Source of the DNA: an uncultured Syntrophobacterales bacterium
Lineage (GTDB): Bacteria > Desulfobacterota > Binatia > UBA9968 > JAJDTQ01
NCBI GenBank assembly: GCA_964519455.1
Contig: CAZFIU010000012.1
Coordinates: 2,775-66,774, forward strand
Reading direction: 5' to 3'
Length of the DNA stretch: 64,000 bases
The translations under genes and the position numbers were made by a program. Of the stretch, positions 47,909 to 57,205 are shown in pieces. Under the pieces are notes generated by a model. That model was not told where the DNA came from and did no database searches. It was given only the letters and a program-made list of their open reading frames with translations. Within the stretch, counting starts at the first letter, position 1. Each line of letters begins with the position of its first letter.

Positions 47909-48883
47909 CTACCCGTCCCGCGCGATCTCCACCACGCGCCTGCGCTGCTCCTGGGTGCCCAGGGGCATCAGCAAGGGCAGGTCGAGGCCGCCCTGGACGA
48001 ACTCGTCCAGGCGCCGGCGGCATTCGTCCGGCGTTCCGGTGACGGAGTGCGCGTACACCACTTCGTCACTGATGAGGCCCTTGGCCTCGTCCCAGGCGCG
48101 CCGGCCGATGGCGTCGGCGAGGCGGTCCTGGTCCACGGCGCCGCCGCCGAGACGGATGTTCTCGGCGTGATGCTTGTTGCGGAAGATGTACGCCAGGAAG
48201 GTCTTGGTGGCATCCATGGCCTCCCGCGGGTCGTCGGATACCGAGGCCGCGATGAAGCCGGCGACTTCACATTTGGTGGCCTTCCCGGCGCGGCCGGCCC
48301 CCGCCTCCACCTCGCCGACGCAGCGCCGGATGTACGACGGCGTGCAGCCGGCGGAGAGCAGCGCGCCGTCGGCCACCTCGCCCGCCAAGCGCAGCATCCC
48401 GGGCCGCACCGCCGTCATGTAGATGGGTATATCGGTCGCCGGTGTGAGCCCCATGCTCGCCCCGTTGATGATGAAGACCTCGCCCTCGAACCGCACCGTC
48501 TCGCCCGCCAGGAGCGCGCGCAGCAGCGTCATGTACTCGCGCATGGTCCTGAGCATACGCTCGGCTTCGATGCCGATTTCCCGGAGCGCCGTCGGGTTGG
48601 CCGTGCCCGCCGTCGCCGCCACCCGTCCGGGCGCGAACTCTTCCATGGTGGCCAGCGCCATGGCCGTGACCATGGGGTGGCGCGAGTAGGGGCTGAGGGG
48701 CGCGGGGTTGACCTTGATGCGAGGGGTCCGGGCCAGGAACGCCATGGCCGAGGCGATGGAATCCCGGAAGCAGATGTGATCGGACATCCAGATGGAGTCC
48801 ATACCGATCTCGTCGGCCAGTTGTGCCAACTCGATCATCTCCTGGATCGAGTAGAAACCGTCGAAACACAAGCCCGCGCGCAT
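47909..48883 (-). CDS. LLM class flavin/F420-dependent oxidoreductase
   Basis: Translation begins MRAGLCFDGFYSIQEMIELAQLADEIGMDSIWMSDH, as in the luciferase-like family. Confidence 0.8.
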   Translation of the reverse strand: MRAGLCFDGFYSIQEMIELAQLADEIGMDSIWMSDHICFRDSIASAMAFLARTPRIKVNPAPLSPYSRHPMVTAMALATMEEFAPGRVAATAGTANPTALREIGIEAERMLRTMREYMTLLRALLAGETVRFEGEVFIINGASMGLTPATDIPIYMTAVRPGMLRLAGEVADGALLSAGCTPSYIRRCVGEVEAGAGRAGKATKCEVAGFIAASVSDDPREAMDATKTFLAYIFRNKHHAENIRLGGGAVDQDRLADAIGRRAWDEAKGLISDEVVYAHSVTGTPDECRRRLDEFVQGGLDLPLLMPLGTQEQRRRVVEIARDG

Positions 48884-49007
48884 GGCCGACAGAGTAGAAC
48901 AACGGCGATGGGAATGAAAGGAGACGAGAGCGGCCCATCCGCCGTAATTTCTGCGGAGCCGGCGGTGTCAACACTCCGCTCGGCCATGAGGTGGCACCGT
49001 CACCCCG

Positions 49008-49172
49008 GATCGTGATTCCCGCGGAACGGGCTGTGTCAAAAGGCTGCTTCCTGGCGACTACACCCCAATCCGTCATTCCCGCGAAAGCTTGCCCCCGCCC
49101 CCGATCGGGGTCGAGGGCAAGCTTTCGCGGGAATGACGGATTGGGGTGTAGCAGGATTCCGTATCTACCAGA
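49008..49172. repeat. Composite palindromic repeat: reverse-complement module C (49011-49047); large module-B palindrome CTACACCCCAATCCGTCATTCCCGCGAAAGCTTGCCC...GGGCAAGCTTTCGCGGGAATGACGGATTGGGGTGTAG centred near 49105; reverse-complement module-A tail
   Basis: A perfect long inverted repeat is read directly. It is intergenic. Confidence 0.8.
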
Positions 49173-49306
49173 GATCACTGAACAAGATTTATCTTCATAT
49201 CAATGACGGTTTGGGGCGCGGGGTGTTCTTAGTCTGGGTGGAGTTTCGACACAGTCTGGCAAGCGGGAGTCCACGGGTGGGGTGCTGCTCGTACGAGTGG
49301 TTTAGT

Positions 49307-50416
49307 TTAGGGGAATCCCGTCTCGAGGACAGACTGAAGTTCGGCCGGGCCTGTCCCCTCCAACCCCATGTCGGCCAGGGTAAGGCCGTCGCGACGGTAG
49401 TCGGTACTATTCATCTCCGAGGCCAGGGTGATGAGCGCGTCGATGACAGGAGTTTCCACCCCCAGCAGGGAGGCCAACTCGGCCATGGGCACGAGGCCGT
49501 AGCCCACGTCCTCGTGCACGTAGCGGTGATCGTGGGTGGTGGGCGACACGATGGTCTTGTTGGGCTCGCTTTCCTGCGTGGCCTGGTGGACGTCGCCGCT
49601 TGCGAGGGCAGCGTCGGAGGTGAGGCCGGCGGCGTGGAAGATCTCCACGAAGGTGCGGGGCCGGAGCCCCAGCGCTTGCACGACGGCCAGCCGTTCCCGG
49701 TCCACCCCTTCGATCATGCGCGCCACCGAGGGCGAGAGGGCCTCCCGGTAGAACAGCATCGTGCCGCCGTGCTGTTCGATCCAGCCGGCGTTCCCCACCA
49801 TGCCCGCGGGGTGCATGATGGCGTTGATGTTGGAGAGGCCGGTCTCCAGCACGTTGCGCGCGGGCACGACGTTGGGGAACACCGCGGCCATGTCCGGCAG
49901 GATCTCCGGTCCATGGACGGCGGGGAAGGCCGCGCAGCCGAGGTTGGCGGTGCGGCGGTACACTTCCACCCGCGCCGGCCCCGCCATGCGACAGATGCAG
50001 GTCAGGGTGACGGTCTCGCAGCAGCGGACGGGGACTCGGCAATCCGCGCGCCGCAGTTCGTGCACGAAGTGCAGGCTGCCCCCGGTCTGACCCGGGTTGA
50101 GGTGGACGATCTGCTCCTCGGTCAGGATCGGCGCCAGAGAGCGCGCCATGAACTCGTGGGCCACCGCCGGAGCGGCGATGGTGACGAGGTCGGCGCCGAC
50201 GACGGCCTCTTCCAACGCCGTCGTAATCCGGTCCGGCCGTCCGAAGCTCTCCCGGCCGCTCTCCACCAGTTCGATCCCGCCGCGCTGCACCAGCGGTGCC
50301 AGCGTCTTCTCCGAACGGGAGTAGAGCCGCGTCTCGAAACCCCTGATGGCAAGGTCCGCCGCGGTGGCGCAACCGCCGTTGCCCGCGCCGAGAATTGCTA
50401 TCGTCTGGATGCTCAT
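49307..50416 (-). CDS. NAD/NADP-dependent octopine/nopaline (opine) dehydrogenase family protein
   Basis: Translation begins with an N-terminal Rossmann fold, IAILGAGNGG. The protein is 369 aa. Confidence 0.8.
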   Translation of the reverse strand: MSIQTIAILGAGNGGCATAADLAIRGFETRLYSRSEKTLAPLVQRGGIELVESGRESFGRPDRITTALEEAVVGADLVTIAAPAVAHEFMARSLAPILTEEQIVHLNPGQTGGSLHFVHELRRADCRVPVRCCETVTLTCICRMAGPARVEVYRRTANLGCAAFPAVHGPEILPDMAAVFPNVVPARNVLETGLSNINAIMHPAGMVGNAGWIEQHGGTMLFYREALSPSVARMIEGVDRERLAVVQALGLRPRTFVEIFHAAGLTSDAALASGDVHQATQESEPNKTIVSPTTHDHRYVHEDVGYGLVPMAELASLLGVETPVIDALITLASEMNSTDYRRDGLTLADMGLEGTGPAELQSVLETGFP

Positions 50417-50429
50417 GGTTCCGAAGAGT

Positions 50430-50537
50430 CAGTCCCGCGAACGCCTGACGCGGGAATGACGATTCTGGGGGGTGGTGCCATTTCGTGTCCGAGCAGAGTC
50501 TTGACACACCCGCTTCCGCGGGAGTGACGACTCGGGG
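50430..50537. repeat. Repeat family copy: GTCAGTCCCGCGAACGCCTGACGCGGGAATGACG plus module-C variant CTTGACACACCCGCTTCCGCGGGAGTGACG
   Basis: It is intergenic within a same-strand gene run. Confidence 0.7.
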
Positions 50538-50568
50538 CTTGATTGCCATCCCAGGGACGCAGTCCCCG

Positions 50569-51726
50569 TCACTTGTCCAACCGGTACCGCTCCACCTTCT
50601 CCTCGTCCAGCTCCACGCCCAGCCCCGGCCCCCGCGGCACCTTGACGGCGCCGTCGACGAACTCGAAGGGCTCGGTGACGATGTCGTCCTTGTAGTAGAT
50701 GCCGGCGATGCGTCCGGTGGCCTCGGCGTCGGGGGTGGTGACGGGGATCACGCAGCCCAGGTTGGCGGCGGCGGTGGAGGCCGCCAGGTGGACGTTGGCG
50801 GCGTTGCCCACGCCCATCTCCACCGAGCCGTTGACGTTGCACGGGAACCCCGCGGCCTCGGCGATGGCCGCGACCTTCTTGGCCTTGAGCAGGCCGCCGG
50901 GCTTGGTGGTGTAGATGGAGACGATGTCCGCGGCCTTCTTCTCGATGATCTCCAGGACGTCCCAGGTGGTCCAGGCGCTCTCGTCGGCCATGACCGGCGT
51001 GTCCGCGCGCCGGGTGACCTCGGCCATGGCGTCGAGTCCCTCCACGGGCTGCTCCATGTAGAGGATGTTGTAGGGTTCCATGGCCTTGGTGGTGCGCACC
51101 GCTTCCTTGGCGGACTTGTAGCCGTTGTTGGCGTCCACCGTGAGGTTCATGTCCGCCCCCAGGGCCTCGCGCACACGCCGCAGCAGCTCGACGTCGCGTC
51201 CGGGTTCCACCCCGCCCTTGAGCTTGATGGTCTTGATCCCTTCCTCCTGCACCCGCCGCACCTCGGCCACCGCTTCGTCCATGCCCATGAGGCCGATGCT
51301 GTGGGAGATGGGCACGGACTCACGGTAAAGCCCGCCCAGGAGCTGGTAGGCCGGTACCCCGGCTGCCTTTCCCACCACGTCGTAGAGCGCCATGTCGATG
51401 GCCGCCTTGGAATAGGGGTATCCCTTGACCGCCTGGTCCATGAGGGTGTGGAGCCACTCGATGCGGCGCGGGTCCTCGCCCGTGAGCGTCGGTTCCAGGA
51501 TGTCGTGGATCACCGCCGCCACCGACGTGGGAGTCTCGCCGTAGTAGCGCATGTGGTCGCCGCCCCAGTCCTTGAGGGCCGGAGCCTCGCCCAAACCCGT
51601 CAATCCCTCGTCGGTCACGAGCTTCACCACCAGGTAGACGCCGATGGGGGTCTTGAGGTTGGCCCATTGGTGCGCCCGCCGCGTGGGCAGCCGGACGGGA
51701 ATGGTCTCGATGGATTGGATCTTCAT
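50569..51726 (-). CDS. Enolase-superfamily enzyme (mandelate racemase/muconate-lactonizing family; possible amino-acid-derivative racemase/epimerase or dehydratase)
   Basis: Translation begins MKIQSIETIPVRLPTRRAH and shows KxK and metal-ligand D/E spacing typical of the MR/MLE subgroup. Confidence 0.8.
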   Translation of the reverse strand: MKIQSIETIPVRLPTRRAHQWANLKTPIGVYLVVKLVTDEGLTGLGEAPALKDWGGDHMRYYGETPTSVAAVIHDILEPTLTGEDPRRIEWLHTLMDQAVKGYPYSKAAIDMALYDVVGKAAGVPAYQLLGGLYRESVPISHSIGLMGMDEAVAEVRRVQEEGIKTIKLKGGVEPGRDVELLRRVREALGADMNLTVDANNGYKSAKEAVRTTKAMEPYNILYMEQPVEGLDAMAEVTRRADTPVMADESAWTTWDVLEIIEKKAADIVSIYTTKPGGLLKAKKVAAIAEAAGFPCNVNGSVEMGVGNAANVHLAASTAAANLGCVIPVTTPDAEATGRIAGIYYKDDIVTEPFEFVDGAVKVPRGPGLGVELDEEKVERYRLDK

Positions 51727-51736
51727 CTTGGCCTCG

Positions 51737-52849
51737 TCAGCCGATGCGAATGAGCTTGTCCGTATCGGTGGCGTCGGACAAGAGCTCGCAGCCGTTCCGT
51801 GTGACCAGCAGCATGTCCTTGTTCTGGAGTCCCATGCGGCCGGGGATGTAGACCAGCGGCTCGATGGCCACCACCATGCCTTCCTCGAGCGTCTCTTCGC
51901 CGTAGCGCCCGAGGTAGGGCTCCTCGTGCAGGAACACGCCGATGCCGTGGCCCACGAAGCTGATGGGCTCCAGCCCAAGCTCGTCGAACTTCTCCAGGAA
52001 CCGGCGGTAGACCTCCTGGGCGTGGGCGCCGGGCTCGATCAGGTCCATGACCAGGTACTTGCACTCCACCAGGTTGTCCCAGATGCGCGCCTGCTCCCCG
52101 GTGGGCTCGCCCACCACCGCGGTCCGGCACACCCCGGCGTGGTAGCCGTCCAGGACGCCGAATATCTCCATGCGGATCAGGTCGCCTTGCCGGAGCGCCC
52201 GGTCGGTGGGGCCCACGTTGGGGAACTGGCTGCGCTCGCCCGAGGCGATGATCATGAGTTTGAAGTGCTCCGCGCCGCCCGCGAAGATCCGCCCGGTCAG
52301 CTCGCCCGCCATCTCCATCTCGGTCATGCCCGGCCGCGCGTGGGCCAGGGTGCCGCCGATGGCCGAGTCCGTGATCCGGCTCAGGCGGTGCAGCAGCTCG
52401 ATCTCCCGCGCGGTCTTGACCTGGCGCAGCTTGCCGAAGAGCCCGTCCGCGGCCACGAAGTCGGCCTTGGGCAGCAGCCCGCGCAGGGTGGCGAAGTCGC
52501 CCGCCGGGAGGTATTCCATCTCCACGCCCACGCGCGCCCCGGCCAGCCCGCGCGCCTCCAGGGCCGCCGCCACCTCGCGCATGGGATCGTCGGTGAACTC
52601 CCGGTACACGCGGATGTCGTCGAAGGTGGCGTGCGCCCTGACCGTGGTCTCCTCCATGTCGATGGCTACCATGGTGGTGTGTCCCGACCGGTCGACAAGG
52701 CACATGGCGTGGCGCCAGCGCATGAGGAGTTGCGATGGCACCACGAACCCCGTGGTGTAGGCGAGGTTCTCGGGCGAGCCGGCGATGAGGGCGTCGAGTC
52801 CCCGCTCCTTCATGGCGTTCTGCTGCTTCGCGATGATGTCGGCGTCCAT
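51737..52849 (-). CDS. M24 family metallopeptidase (Xaa-Pro dipeptidase/creatinase-like)
   Basis: Translation shows a creatinase-N-like N-terminus and the pita-bread fold with HGIGVFLHEEP. The six-frame ORF's 5' extension runs through a repeat and was rejected. Confidence 0.8.
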   Translation of the reverse strand: MDADIIAKQQNAMKERGLDALIAGSPENLAYTTGFVVPSQLLMRWRHAMCLVDRSGHTTMVAIDMEETTVRAHATFDDIRVYREFTDDPMREVAAALEARGLAGARVGVEMEYLPAGDFATLRGLLPKADFVAADGLFGKLRQVKTAREIELLHRLSRITDSAIGGTLAHARPGMTEMEMAGELTGRIFAGGAEHFKLMIIASGERSQFPNVGPTDRALRQGDLIRMEIFGVLDGYHAGVCRTAVVGEPTGEQARIWDNLVECKYLVMDLIEPGAHAQEVYRRFLEKFDELGLEPISFVGHGIGVFLHEEPYLGRYGEETLEEGMVVAIEPLVYIPGRMGLQNKDMLLVTRNGCELLSDATDTDKLIRIG

Positions 52850-52952
52850 GGGTTCGACTCCCGGCGGTTGGTCCGTCTCCGTCACGGTCGGCCTGAGAGC
52901 ATACAGGCCGGGTCGGCGATCATCAACTGCGTATTCGTAACGTCTCCGGGGA

Positions 52953-53010
52953 GAGTTTCGACGCAGCCTGTTCCGCGGGAATGACGGAGGAGGGTGGGAA
53001 TGACATGACG
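52953..53010. repeat. Module C copy: GTTTCGACGCAGCCTGTTCCGCGGGAATGACGGAGG
   Basis: It is intergenic and divergent, between the M24 and OCD genes. Confidence 0.7.
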
Positions 53011-53115
53011 GCCATGTCCGGATGGCCCGAGCCCGGAATCCAGGAGTCACTTTTCAACGGAAGTCCTATCGTATAGGAAGTAAGGCTTGATCCAACCGCA
53101 TCGAAAGGAACACGC

Positions 53116-54204
53116 ATGCTGCTCATCAACAACCAGGAAGTCGAAGAGCTGATGGACATGAAGGCCTGTCTCGAAGCACTGGAGACGGGTTACGAGGACC
53201 TCGCGCGCAACGACGCGGTGTACCGGCCGCGGCTCGACGTGTGGGTGCCGTGCGAGCGGCCCGACGGCTATTACCGCTGGGGCACCATGGAGGGCGCGAG
53301 CCGGACCATCGGCACGTTCGCCATCCGCATGAAGTCCGACATCGTGCACTGGCCCGGCGGCGACACCGAGGAGAAGTATTGCATGGAGCCGGGCAACTAC
53401 TGCGGGCTCATCATGGTCTTCAGCGTGGCCAACGGCGAGCCCCTGGCCATCGTCAACGACGGCGTGCTGCAGCACATGCGCGTGGGCGGGTGCGCCGGCC
53501 TTGGCGCCAAGCTGCTGGCGCGCGAGGACGCCTCCGTGGTGGGCATGTTCGGCTCGGGCGGTATGGCCGAGACCTATCTCATGGCCTTCAACGAGGTGCG
53601 GAAGCTCGAGGAAGTACGGGTCTACAGTCCCACCAAGGCCAACCGGGAGCGGTACGCGGGCAAGATGAGCGAGATGCTGGGGCTCAAGGTCACGGCCATG
53701 GACCGGCCCGAGGACGTGGTGCGCGGGGCGGACATCATCTCGGCGTGCACGGATTCCACGCGGGTGGTGTTCGACAATCCCGAGTGGCTCAAGCGCGGCG
53801 CCCATGTCACCTGCGTGCGCGCCTGCGAGATCGGCCCGCGGGTGGTGGAGGTGTGCGGCGTTTCCGTCAAGCTCGGGCGCAACACGGTGGTGACCACGGA
53901 CGAGGGGATGGTGCGGCTCCACGGCAACGTGGGTTACGTGGCGGGGCAGCCCGAGGAGATCGCGCGCATCCCGAACCCGGTGCAGGACAACTACACCGGG
54001 GACTACTTCCACTACTTCATGGACGTGAAGCTCGGCCGCCAGCCGGGCCGGACGAACGACGACCAGACCACCTTCTTCATCAACGCCGGCACCCAGGGGC
54101 TCCAGTTCGCCGCCTGCGCCGGCCGCGTCTACCAGATGGCCAGGGAGAAGGGGCTCGGGCGTGAGCTGCCCACGGAGTGGTTCACCCAGGACATCCGGGA
54201 CTGA
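53116..54204 (+). CDS. Ornithine cyclodeaminase/mu-crystallin family protein, paralog 1
   Basis: Translation has a Rossmann region GMFGSGGMAE within the OCD family layout. Confidence 0.85.
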   Translation: MLLINNQEVEELMDMKACLEALETGYEDLARNDAVYRPRLDVWVPCERPDGYYRWGTMEGASRTIGTFAIRMKSDIVHWPGGDTEEKYCMEPGNYCGLIMVFSVANGEPLAIVNDGVLQHMRVGGCAGLGAKLLAREDASVVGMFGSGGMAETYLMAFNEVRKLEEVRVYSPTKANRERYAGKMSEMLGLKVTAMDRPEDVVRGADIISACTDSTRVVFDNPEWLKRGAHVTCVRACEIGPRVVEVCGVSVKLGRNTVVTTDEGMVRLHGNVGYVAGQPEEIARIPNPVQDNYTGDYFHYFMDVKLGRQPGRTNDDQTTFFINAGTQGLQFAACAGRVYQMAREKGLGRELPTEWFTQDIRD

Positions 54205-54266
54205 GGCGGGGTCTTGGGAGCACCGGTGCCGAGGCGGGCTTCAAGCGGCCCCGCGCCCGTGACGTG

Positions 54267-55436
54267 ATGTCGGCCGACAAGGACTCCCGGCGGACCGGCG
54301 CGCCAGGGGCGTGCTTCCTGATGGCGCTCTTGGCGGCGCTTGTGCTGCTCGTCGGGTGCGGCCTCCGGCAGGACGGCCCGGCGCCGGGGGCGCCGGAAGC
54401 GATCCGTGACGATCTGGAACCCGAGTCCCTCCGCCGAGCCGTGGCCGGGAGCCTCCGGTTCCTTCACAAGGTCCCCGGAGAGTCGCGGTTGGGCGAGTGG
54501 CCCCGGGCGGTTACCGCGGCGGACCTGCGTTCGTCGCTGGCCGAGTTCCTGGAGATCCTGGACCGTACGGCGGAAGCGGACCCGTCCTGGCCGGATCGGG
54601 TGGCGGAACGGTTCGAGTTCCATCCCGCGCCGGCACGGTCGTCGGGGGACCCGGTCTTGTTCACCGGTTACTATCAGCCGGTGATCGAGGCGAGCGGAGT
54701 CCGCACGGAGGAGTACCGCTACCCGGTCTACCGGGCACCCGGCGCGCCGGGCTCGCGGCCCGGTACCGAGGGGTCCGCGGCCGCGTACCCGTCGCGGCAC
54801 GAGATCGACGCATTGGGAGTGCTGAAAGGCAAGGGCTACGAGATCGCGTGGCTGCGGGACCCGGTGGACCGCTTCTTCCTGCACATCCAGGGCTCCGGGC
54901 TCCTGCGCATGACCGACGGGCGCGAGTTGCCGCTCAACTTCGCCGCTTCCAACGGCAGGCCGTACACCAGCATCGGCAAGGTCCTGATCGACGAGGGCAA
55001 GGTCGACCGGGAGTCCATGTCGATGCAGCGCATTCGCGCCTGGCTGGCGGAGTTCCCGGAGGAGCGCGAGGCGCTGTTCGCGCGCAACGAGCGCTACATC
55101 TTCTTCCGGCTGGGGGAGGAGGGTCCGCTCGGAAGCCTCGGAGTGCCGCTGACCGCCGGCCGCTCCGTGGCCACCGATCCCGCGGTCTATCCCAAGGGGG
55201 CGTTGCTGTACGTGGAGACGCGGTTGCCGGTGGTGGATGACACCGGCGCGCTGGCGGGGTGGCGTCCGGTGCGGCGTTTCGTCGTCAACCAGGATGCCGG
55301 CGCGGCCATCCGTGGCCCGGGGCGCGCGGACCTTTATTTCGGCACGGGTGCCGCGGCCGGTGCGCGGGCGGGATACATGCAGAGCGAGGGAAGGCTTTAT
55401 CTGTTGATGAAGCGAAGATCGGCGCCCTTGGGTTGA
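54267..55436 (+). CDS. mltA: Murein transglycosylase A (MltA) family lipoprotein
   Basis: A possible lipobox LLVGC lies in the N-terminal region. Translation shows the MltA 3D-domain signature ...GALLYVETRLP.... An alternative start is at 54321. Confidence 0.75.
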   Translation: MSADKDSRRTGAPGACFLMALLAALVLLVGCGLRQDGPAPGAPEAIRDDLEPESLRRAVAGSLRFLHKVPGESRLGEWPRAVTAADLRSSLAEFLEILDRTAEADPSWPDRVAERFEFHPAPARSSGDPVLFTGYYQPVIEASGVRTEEYRYPVYRAPGAPGSRPGTEGSAAAYPSRHEIDALGVLKGKGYEIAWLRDPVDRFFLHIQGSGLLRMTDGRELPLNFAASNGRPYTSIGKVLIDEGKVDRESMSMQRIRAWLAEFPEEREALFARNERYIFFRLGEEGPLGSLGVPLTAGRSVATDPAVYPKGALLYVETRLPVVDDTGALAGWRPVRRFVVNQDAGAAIRGPGRADLYFGTGAAAGARAGYMQSEGRLYLLMKRRSAPLG

Positions 55437-55478
55437 AGGACGTCGGGGTATTGCGAATCAATCGGTCAGGAGGCAATC

Positions 55479-56567
55479 ATGGCATCGGTTTTGTTGTTGG
55501 GTCCGGAAGACATGAACGGGCTCATCACCATGAAGGAAGCGGTGGACGCCATGGAGCGGGGATACCTGGACTGGGCGAAGAACCGCGAGCTGGGGGCGCT
55601 GCGGCGCCGCGTCCACTCCGTGGCCAACGCCCGGGTCACGGTGCACCAGGGAGCGCCCGACACCGCCGGGGTGACGGGGGTCCTGACCCACTGCGAACAC
55701 GTCATGATCCACGACAACGGCATCCAGACCTACCAGACCCGCGGCCGTCCGGTGCGGGTGATGTTCGACGGCAACAACGCCGAGCTCAAGTGCATCACGG
55801 TGGGCGAGGTGCGGGTGGCGGAACTGCCCGACGCCAACAACGTGGTCAACGTCCAGACCGCTTGCTCCACGGCCGTGGGCATCAAGCACCTGGCGCGCCA
55901 GAGCTCCAAGGTGGTGGGGGTGCTGGGGTCCCGGGCCCAGGCGGAGTGCCAGTTGCTCGCCACCAAGGCGGTGGTCCCGGGCATCGAGGAGGCCAGGGTC
56001 TACAGTCCCAATCCGGAGAACCGCACCAGGTTCGCCGCCAAGATGACCGAGCTGCTGGACATGGAGGTGCGCCCGGTGTCCACCAACCGCGAAGCGGTCC
56101 AGGGCGTGGACATCCTGCTGTCGGTGACCAACTCCAACGTCCCCACCTTCGACGGCGACTGGCTCGAGCCCGGCGTGCACCTGTGCTCCATCGTCTCCAG
56201 CAACATCGGCCTCATGCGCGGCGGCTTCATCCAGCAGAAGCGGCGCGAGGTGGACGATAAGACGCTCAGGCGCTGCGACATCATCGTGTGCAACTCCAAG
56301 CGCCAGGAGATCCTGGACGAGCCCGGCGTGTTGTGGGACCCGGTGCAGCAGGGCGTCATCACCTGGGACGACGTGTGGGACCTGGGCGAGGTGCTCGCGG
56401 GGCAGGTGCCGGGCCGCACGTCCGAGGAGCAGATCAGCTTCTACAAGAACAACGCTTTCTGGGGCGTGGGCGACCAGGTCATCGGCCGGTTGCTCTACGA
56501 CCGCGCCGTGGAGAAGGGGCTCGGCACCGAGCTGCCCATCGACGGCGCCGAGTACCGCGAAGCGTAA
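55479..56567 (+). CDS. Ornithine cyclodeaminase/mu-crystallin family protein, paralog 2
   Basis: Translation has a Rossmann region GVLGSRAQAE within the OCD family layout. Confidence 0.85.
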   Translation: MASVLLLGPEDMNGLITMKEAVDAMERGYLDWAKNRELGALRRRVHSVANARVTVHQGAPDTAGVTGVLTHCEHVMIHDNGIQTYQTRGRPVRVMFDGNNAELKCITVGEVRVAELPDANNVVNVQTACSTAVGIKHLARQSSKVVGVLGSRAQAECQLLATKAVVPGIEEARVYSPNPENRTRFAAKMTELLDMEVRPVSTNREAVQGVDILLSVTNSNVPTFDGDWLEPGVHLCSIVSSNIGLMRGGFIQQKRREVDDKTLRRCDIIVCNSKRQEILDEPGVLWDPVQQGVITWDDVWDLGEVLAGQVPGRTSEEQISFYKNNAFWGVGDQVIGRLLYDRAVEKGLGTELPIDGAEYREA

Positions 56568-56719
56568 GCGCGCCGGACGGTCCTTCGACTTCGCTGCGCC
56601 AGGCCTGTCCCGAGCCCCGTCGAGGGGCTCGAGACGGACGGAGTTGAGGCGCGCTACGGTTCGCCTTGAGCGCATCCACCCTGGCGGAGCGGAGTCGAAG
56701 GGTACCTCGCCTACCTCGC

Positions 56720-57118
56720 CTACGTGGCATTGTTCTTTCTTTCGACGATCTCGATGCGCACGTCGTCCGGCGCGCGCACGAAGGCGATCTTGAGGCCGGG
56801 CCGGAGCAGCCGGGGCTCGGAGAAGAACTCAGCGCCGCGCTTGCGCAACTCCGCGGCGGCCTCCTCCAGGTCGTCCACCCGAAGCCCGAAGTGGTCGAGG
56901 CCGATGTAGGGGCGGTCCGGCGCGGACGGAACGTCCTGGTCGGGCTGTGCCTTGGCGATGCAGACGGTCATGCCGTCGATGTCCAGGTCGACACGGGGAC
57001 GCCCGTCGGTCTGAATCGTTTCCACGATCTTTGCGTCGAACACATCGTGATAGTACTTGGCCGTGGCCTCGGGGTCCCGGCTCCTGAGGTGGATGTGGTC
57101 CTGTCTGTACCTGGGCAT
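56720..57118 (-). CDS. VOC family protein (glyoxalase/bleomycin-resistance/dioxygenase fold)
   Basis: Translation begins MPRYRQDHIHLRSRDPEATAKYY and contains GLDHFGLRVDD, the VOC beta-alpha-beta-beta-beta module. Confidence 0.75.
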   Translation of the reverse strand: MPRYRQDHIHLRSRDPEATAKYYHDVFDAKIVETIQTDGRPRVDLDIDGMTVCIAKAQPDQDVPSAPDRPYIGLDHFGLRVDDLEEAAAELRKRGAEFFSEPRLLRPGLKIAFVRAPDDVRIEIVERKNNAT

Positions 57119-57133
57119 GGGTGTCCTCCTCTG

Positions 57134-57205
57134 TTAGTTACGGAATCCCGCTATACCCCAACGAGTCATTCCCGCGAAAGCGGGAATCCAGGGGTGGGGA
57201 GGGGG
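57134..57205. repeat. Module A copy: TTAGTTACGGAATCCCGCTATACCCCAACGAGTCATTCCCGCGAAAGCGGGAATCCAGGGGTGGGGAGGGGG
   Basis: It is near-identical to 27957-28030 and overlaps the 3' end of the MFS ORF. Confidence 0.8.
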
